NCBI RefSeq assembly: GCF_964355755.1
Contig: NC_092672.1
Location: 32,122,437-32,186,436 of the forward strand
DNA length: 64,000 nt
Origin: Antedon mediterranea
Taxonomy: Eukaryota; Animalia; Echinodermata
Direction of reading: 5' to 3'
In this document: positions 61,301 through 64,000 of the stretch, piece after piece
How the letters are laid out: every line of letters begins with the position of its first letter
How positions within the stretch are numbered: the first letter of the stretch is position 1
Translations under genes and position numbers: made by a program
Notes under the pieces: model-generated
Database searches by the model: none
Told to the model about the DNA's origin: nothing
Seen by the model: the letters and a program-made list of their open reading frames with translations, nothing else

Positions 61301-64000
61301 AAAGGTCAAAGTTGAATGTAAAGTGAAAGAAGAACGAAATATAAAGGATGATTTGAAATCCAAGAAAATAAAGAACTCAACCAATAAAGTAATAAAACCA
61401 AAGGAAAAGAAACCACCAGTTCCAGAGGTTAAGAAAAAGATTCTTCAGGTTTCCGACATCTATTCTGATTCAGATGATAGTGATTCGGACTCTGAAATTA
61501 GAGACATTTTAACTCCGAAAACTAAGAGAGAAGGAAGAACAGTCATATATGACTCATCAGATTCAGATGAAGAAATTCCACCAGTTCAGGAACCTCCTCC
61601 AAAGAAGACAAAAGTAGTAAAAAAGAAGCAAGTAAAAGACAAGGAATACTTATTGGATGTTAAACCTAAGGGTGTCAAATCTAAAGAAATCCAAGAAAAG
61701 GATAACAAAAAGGAACCACAAAAGAAGAAGAAGGTAGATTTGGAAATGACATCGGAAAAGCCAATAAAGAATACTTTTAGAAATAAGGATGATGCAAAAG
61801 AAAGCAAAAAGAAAGATGAGAAGAAAAAATCAAAACAAGAGAAAGAGTCAGTTGTCCATCAACTGTTAGAAGAGAAAGAAGTAAAAGATGATTCTGATAA
61901 AGAAAAAGTAGTTACAGAAAATATTGATGATCATCTATCAGATATTGATACAGGTGTTTCAGAAAATGAAACCAATCTAAAAAGTAAGAAATTAGACAAA
62001 GAGAAGACAAAGAAAAAGGTAAAGAAAGCTAAGAAAGACAAAATAATTACCGAACCAATTGACAACAAGCATTCAAAGAAATCAAAGAAATTGAAGAAGA
62101 AATCTACACCAACTGAAGAGAGTAAGCCAGTGGAACTAAATGAGCAAGAGCCCATTGCTGAAGAAATTCCAAATAAAAGGGACTTTATCAGTGATGTAGA
62201 AGCAAATGAGTTTGAAGACTCAGACCGTTTGATTATGTCTATTGATGATGAGAATGAATCAAACTTAAAAATTGATGAGGAACTAATTGATAAGATTGAG
62301 TGTCCTAAAACTCCAAATGTGTCTCTGTCTGAGCCTGAACCATTGAAAGATGATGAGGAACAGCAGGTAGAAGAACAACCAGTTAAAGAAAAGAAAAAAC
62401 AAAAGAAGAAAGAAAAGAAGAAGCTTAAATTAGAAGAAACTGAATGTAAAGATTTTGATATTGATGAATCATTAGAAGATTTAAAACCACTTTCAATTGA
62501 TGATGAATTGAACATTGCTGAAGATCTCCCTCACGGCGAACATATAATTCAAGAAGAAGAACATCATGATCCATTAGAGGATGAAAGAATTGAATTAAAA
62601 GAAGAAGAGCAATTATTCCAATCAGATGAAAAACCTTTCGATGATAAGGATCGACTGTTTATTGAAACTGATGAGAAACCTGAATTGCCAGATAGTGGTC
62701 TGTATGCAGAATGTGACTTAAAAGGAACCGGCGATCTCACAATCGTAGAAGAAACAACTCCAAAATCTGAACCTAACAATGTTTATTCAAATTTTGAATC
62801 GATAGAAGCACAAGACACAAAAACTAGTGTTACAGAACCAGTGATTAAATCTGCTCAGGAAACTGACAGTGAGCCCGCTAGAGAGGATGCAGTGAGAGGT
62901 AAAAGTAAACCTAAAAAGAAATCTAAATCCGGGAGAAAGCCAAAGAAATCACAAGCTGAGAAAAAAGCAGTAGAAGCTGCTTCAGAACAACCTTGTCAAG
63001 AGGAACTACCTGCTGTTCTTGAAATCCAACAGCCAAATTTGTTTGAAGAAGAATCAAATACAAAGGAAAATGTAGATAATGTTGTAGCAGAATCATCTAG
63101 TGCGATTTCTACTGATGTCAACTCTGTTGAATTAGCCACAAGATTGATTGAAAATTTTCCAGACACGATTCAAACAATTCAAGAACCATCTAGTGTAGAC
63201 ACTTCTGGTATGGTTGACTCAAAACTTAAAGAGAATGAAACACTTGCTGCTAAAGAAGAAGCAAAGGAGGAGGTATTAGATGCAGTGAAATGGATGGAGA
63301 TTGAAATGGACTACCAAGAACCATCATTTACAGCTCCAAGTGAAACACAAGATGCATCAGAAATAATTCCAATTGAACAATCTATTGAAGCAAAGCCAGA
63401 AAGAGTTGAACCCCCTATTGTGGAAGAATTACCAGAACCAGTGAACGTGCCAATCAAAGTTGATGTTCCTGAGGAAAAACCAAAAAAGAGAACTCGTGGA
63501 AAAGGTGGCAGAGGAAGTAAATCAAAGCCTACTATAATGGAACTGATGCAAGAGAAACCAATTGCCATTATTGAAAACCCATTAATTGCAGCACCTGCAG
63601 GAATCAGTGTTGATGCACTACCAACACCAGGCAGTCTTCCTCCTCCTGCTGAACCAGCTACAGAAAACAAACATGTGGCAGTAGATACCTCTTTGCAAGA
63701 TACTCATGACAACAATTTAACAATTGATACAGAGGTTAAAGAGACTAAACCAAATGTTAGGAGTTCTGCTAGGAGGAGTATTGATCCTTATGATTTTAAT
63801 GAAGAAGACACAAGTTATCAACGAAAAGGAAGGCAAGGAAAATACAACAATTCAAAGAAACAAACCGAGGCTGCAATAGATTCTGAACCAAAATTGACTG
63901 AAACTGTAAATTCTGAAAACAAAGTTCCAGAGGATCCTTATGAGTTTAAAGGAAGTCCAGCTGAGGAAAAAGAGAAAAGTTCTCCAAGCAAAGCAACACG
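4277..64000 (+). CDS. SPEN: SPEN/SHARP/MINT (split ends; Msx2-interacting protein) gene span: 11 coding exons, about 3090 codons in the window, 3'-truncated
   Basis: N-terminus MVRETRHLWVGNLPDNIREEKVKEQFKRYGRVENVKIL is the hallmark SPEN RRM1. RRM2-4 exons and a giant low-complexity exon follow. All splice junctions are GT-AG and phase-consistent (2,2,1,2,1,0,0,0,2,2). Confidence 0.97.
5786..5959 (+). mobile_element. MITE family C (CAGG..CCTG ends), copy 1
   Basis: About 175 bp, homologous to 39741-39920 and (inverted) to about 27290-27415. Internal TAGCA/TGCTA motifs. Confidence 0.75.
7459..8129. mobile_element. Non-autonomous PIF/Harbinger-like element
   Basis: 37-bp TIR GGGTATGTTCAGACTCACAGAGTTACGGTGGAGTTAT with 1 mismatch on the right end; flanks TAA / CAA. 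Confidence 0.85.
10576..10666. repeat. Perfect 91-bp palindrome (45-bp arms, 1-nt centre)
   Basis: TTTTGTACCAATTTTGGGGTCTAAGCATAGAGATATTATAGTGAA-G-reverse complement. Confidence 0.95.
10907..11317. repeat. Tandem duplication, about 206-bp unit x2
   Basis: AATTCATTGCTTCGCTCGGACAGCGAAAGC...TTTTTTGACAT starts at 10907 and again at 11113. Confidence 0.9.
12876..12987. mobile_element. MITE family A, partial copy
   Basis: AGCTCTGTCTACACT end plus ATCACTACCATATTTGGG subrepeats. Confidence 0.7.
13762..13915. mobile_element. MITE family A (PIF/Harbinger-like; TIR AGCTCTGTCTACACTATCAAAC)
   Basis: Both TIRs present; TAA on both flanks. Confidence 0.85.
13964..14299 (-). repeat. 24-bp minisatellite x14 derived from a tRNA/SINE T-arm (B-box)
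   Basis: Unit GACTATAACTGGGCTCGAACCAAT. The minus strand contains GGTTCGAGCCC, a Pol III B-box consensus. Confidence 0.92.
15480..15567 (-). mobile_element. Degenerate tRNA-derived SINE fragment
   Basis: Inverted homologue of 46405-46480 (CTAGTGA..GAAGGTCGTGAGTTTG..; CAGTACATACAAGT). Confidence 0.45.
16641..17571. mobile_element. Non-autonomous PIF/Harbinger element
   Basis: TIR GG(G/C)CCCGTTTCTGCTGCCAA, perfect TTA TSD, and multiple AAATATACCGTAT subterminal repeats in both orientations. Confidence 0.9.
18600..18730. mobile_element. MITE family A
   Basis: Both TIRs; TTA on both flanks. Confidence 0.85.
19864..20092. repeat. 57-bp tandem repeat x4 spanning the flank/left-TIR junction of a family A MITE
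   Basis: Unit AATACAGAGTATTATATAATATTAAAAGGCATAAGCTCTGTCCACACTATCAAACTT at 19864, 19922, 19979 and 20036. Confidence 0.92.
20069..20333. mobile_element. MITE family A with an internal AT-rich insertion
   Basis: Both TIRs and subrepeats present, plus about 100 bp of extra sequence at about 20145-20245. Confidence 0.8.
21051..21308 (+). CDS. SPEN: SPEN coding exon 2 (RRM1 C-half)
   Basis: tttttcAG acceptor; YGRVENVKILTKRDSDGSPTALVDFLDINAATKAHDAVIKLGDRDLRIEYNNP...YERRSEG; GTAAGT donor at 21309. Confidence 0.96.
21950..22750. repeat. Degenerate minisatellite region (about 30-38 bp units)
   Basis: Recurrent (C)TA(C/T)TGGA(AA/TT)ATACCTGGTGCAGGG(C/A)ACAA motif. Confidence 0.8.
24341..24746. mobile_element. 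Foldback MITE family D (PIF/Harbinger-like ends)
   Basis: TIR AGGCCCATTTACACTAGGACGATAAC with arms extending about 180 bp; flanks TAA/TTA; second copy at about 37751-38110. Confidence 0.88.
24828..25240 (-). mobile_element. LINE 3' remnant (Rex-Babar/CR1-clade-like)
   Basis: Minus-strand peptide SHPLNDKYVVNKSGRIRPLMCNTTRCRKSFVHNSI resembles the HPL..SGR..T.R...SF ORF2 C-terminus. It is followed by AATAAA and a (TCTTA)n tail. Confidence 0.7.
25536..26623. mobile_element. pogo/Tc1-mariner-type non-autonomous element
   Basis: TIR CCGTACTGACGCGGGTATAAGCCCA, TA TSD, and repeated GGGCTTATACCCG subterminal motifs. Confidence 0.88.
25714..26121. mobile_element. P- or hAT-like MITE nested in the pogo-like element
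   Basis: Perfect 32-bp TIR CAAAGAACTTATAACACAAGAATCTCCTGTTC; perfect 8-bp TSD CTCTAAAT (25706-25713 / 26122-26129); internal duplication of about 83 bp (25821/25907). Confidence 0.88.
27290..27415 (-). mobile_element. MITE family C, inverted partial copy
   Basis: Reverse complement of the 5786/39741 copies; ends TTCCCTG. Confidence 0.75.
29073..29350 (+). mobile_element. tRNA-derived SINE
   Basis: A-box-like GTGGTCGAGCGTTTAAGGC head, eroded B-box, and a central GGATAAAGGACT...AGGTCC..GTGCA segment reminiscent of Meta/MESC-type SINE cores. Confidence 0.55.
29850..30237. mobile_element. Hairpin (foldback) non-autonomous element, possibly Crypton-type
   Basis: Outer IR of about 70 bp (29850-29920 / 30164-30237) plus an inner hairpin of about 160 bp (30001-30162) centred on CTCGGCTTTGCCTCG. 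No obvious TSD. Confidence 0.75.
30341..30495. mobile_element. MITE family A
   Basis: Both TIRs (degenerate); CCCAAATATGGTAGTGATAT subrepeats. Confidence 0.8.
31041..31311. repeat. Tandem duplication, about 135 bp x2
   Basis: AATAATTATAAACAGAAAC...TCCATGTCAGATTGTTAATTGCT at 31041 and 31176. Confidence 0.85.
36020..36160. mobile_element. MITE family A, right end truncated
   Basis: CTCTGTCTACACTATCAAA end plus subrepeats. Confidence 0.8.
37751..38110. mobile_element. Foldback MITE family D, truncated copy
   Basis: Homologous to 24341-24746; the right terminus is lost. Confidence 0.8.
38325..39275. mobile_element. Hairpin-ended non-autonomous element, possibly Crypton-type
   Basis: Hairpin of about 190 bp at 38331-38519. 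TATTATATAGCC (38520-38531) is inverted relative to GGCTATGTAATA (39264-39275). CpG-rich interior with an internal duplication (CGAAAATTACACAGTCAATATCATCGT x2). Confidence 0.7.
39741..39920 (+). mobile_element. MITE family C, complete copy
   Basis: CAGGGA...TCCCTG termini; 5-bp direct repeat AAGTT on both flanks. Confidence 0.8.
40731..41354. mobile_element. Kolobok-like non-autonomous DNA transposon
   Basis: TTAA TSD on both sides; AG...CT termini with imperfect TIR AGACCCCTTCCCT / AGGGAATGGGGCT. Confidence 0.8.
41380..41500 (+). mobile_element. Penelope-like remnant with a degenerate hammerhead core
   Basis: CTGAGGA-c-[GATTAAA tat TTTGATC]-GAAAC at 41440-41469. Confidence 0.5.
42457..42940. 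repeat. 59-bp minisatellite (6 near-perfect + 2 diverged units)
   Basis: Unit TACCATTTTCACAAATTGG(C/T)AAAGCCAAGTCATGGGACTTTACTATAGATGGTATTTTA at 42457, 42516, 42575, 42634, 42693 and 42752. Confidence 0.93.
46116..46297. mobile_element. MITE family A
   Basis: Both TIRs; three 21-bp subrepeats. Confidence 0.88.
46405..46480 (+). mobile_element. Degenerate tRNA-derived SINE fragment
   Basis: GGAGGTCGTGGGTTTGAGTCCCAC T-arm/B-box-like segment; homologous to 15480-15567. Confidence 0.5.
47687..48010 (-). mobile_element. CR1-type LINE 3' remnant
   Basis: Minus-strand peptide FNVPVRNLRSKPFLHVKFSPVNVCKNGIFCRLSSLYN is typical of CR1 ORF2 C-termini; (AATAAAG)n tail at about 47687-47712. Confidence 0.7.
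48130..48680 (+). CDS. SPEN: SPEN coding exon 3 (Ser/Arg-rich linker and start of RRM2)
   Basis: atttcAG acceptor; TTDGRFDSAYEG...SRSRSRSRSNSS...FGLCVKNLPTRST; GTAAGG donor at 48681. Confidence 0.93.
48763..48919. mobile_element. MITE family A
   Basis: TIRs and subrepeats; about 80 bp downstream of exon 3. Confidence 0.85.
49573..49680. mobile_element. MITE family A, internally deleted
   Basis: Left TIR intact, right TIR partial. Confidence 0.75.
50539..50742. mobile_element. MITE family A with an expanded 21-bp subrepeat
   Basis: AAATATGGTAGAGATATGCCT x4-5 between the TIRs. Confidence 0.85.
51194..51351. mobile_element. MITE family A
   Basis: Both TIRs. Confidence 0.85.
51914..52025 (+). 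CDS. SPEN: SPEN coding exon 4 (RRM2)
   Basis: DTSIKDGLFHEFKKFGQVTAVTVQGSADDRFGIVFFK(R); tttttAG acceptor, GTATTT donor. Missed by the ORF track. Confidence 0.96.
52564..52652 (+). CDS. SPEN: SPEN coding exon 5 (RRM2 end)
   Basis: SEDMEKAMQTSKGKLFFGSEMRLNAWDGP; aAG acceptor, GTAAGA donor. Confidence 0.95.
52690..52836. mobile_element. MITE family A
   Basis: Both TIRs; 37 bp downstream of exon 5. Confidence 0.88.
53664..53818 (+). CDS. SPEN: SPEN coding exon 6 (RRM3 N-half)
   Basis: DVGVDESDIRYYEKEMDEYHPRATRTLFIGNLDRTVSRDELAEAFQKYGDIL; GTAAGT donor. Confidence 0.95.
53979..54104 (+). CDS. SPEN: SPEN coding exon 7 (RRM3 C-half)
   Basis: EIEIKKPHGAQPFAFLQFSDIDSVVKARKNMDGEFVGKNKVK; phase 0-0; GTATGA donor. 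Confidence 0.96.
54656..54787. mobile_element. MITE family A
   Basis: TIRs (left one with a small deletion); 66 bp upstream of exon 8. Confidence 0.85.
54854..55090 (+). CDS. SPEN: SPEN coding exon 8 (RRM4)
   Basis: LGFGKSMATNCVWLDNLP...ALVHFHNMDCAQKAVVDVKSGRLHISGRKLK; ttacAG acceptor, GTATAT donor. Confidence 0.95.
55236..55454. mobile_element. MITE family B, copy 2 (inverted relative to 1562-1719)
   Basis: Same TIR; internal 19-bp tandem AACGTAACGCAAGGACGTA x3.5. Confidence 0.88.
55713..55852 (+). CDS. SPEN: SPEN coding exon 9 (RRM4 end and C-terminal helix)
   Basis: VDFASRECQELFYDQIQRTVPNFTDRSRETSPTGSYTRFLNRETTT; tttAG acceptor, GTACCA donor (phase 2). Confidence 0.9.
56104..56445 (+). 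CDS. SPEN: SPEN coding exon 10 (Gly/Ser-rich)
   Basis: EFRGSGSTSGQFEGRRGSRSNSY...DDSYEKELRDYGHHQRERHEQ...SSKD; ttttatAG acceptor, GTAAGG donor; phase 2-2. Confidence 0.9.
56813..64000 (+). CDS. SPEN: SPEN giant exon (>7.1 kb; disordered Lys/Glu/Ser-rich region), runs off the window
   Basis: ttcttacAG acceptor. The frame starting at 56814 (SFDRSRKRRSVS...) was spot-checked as open and is still in frame at the window end (AEEKEKSSPSKAT). Its absence from the ORF track fits the lack of an in-window stop. Contains the SPEN-type motif SIFDQDSARLAH (59385-59420). Confidence 0.93.

Noticed and set aside
57668-63670. Minus-strand ORFs rich in F/L/S (e.g. 60320-61075, 61931-62515)
   Set aside because: Antisense shadows of the Lys/Glu-rich SPEN giant exon.

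Overview
AT-rich, intron-rich metazoan genomic DNA, probably from a marine invertebrate (inferred from composition and repeat types). Positions 1-698 hold the last three coding exons of an unidentified Pro/Met-rich gene, followed by its 3' UTR. The rest is the 5' part of a SPEN/SHARP (split ends, Msx2-interacting protein) gene on the + strand. It has 11 phase-consistent coding exons starting at ATG 4277, encodes RRM1-RRM4, and ends in a >7.1-kb giant exon that runs off the window, so the SPOC domain is not included. Introns 1 (16.7 kb) and 2 (26.8 kb) are full of non-autonomous DNA transposons, several of them nested: PIF/Harbinger-like, Tc1/pogo-like, hAT/P-like, Kolobok-like and hairpin elements. 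They also carry LINE/SINE/Penelope remnants and minisatellites. The most interesting non-genic signals are: hairpin elements with regularly spaced, strand-specific tandem GA/GA mismatches; TA>TACAGTA excision footprints visible between MITE copies; a 13-copy MITE carrying CArG boxes; a 14x amplified tRNA T-arm/B-box array; Penelope-type minimal hammerhead motifs; and a CSL-site/hairpin cluster just after SPEN exon 2. No CRISPR, rRNA, intact tRNA or autonomous transposase was found. TE family assignments rest on termini and TSDs only, and none of these signals is established as a novel system.
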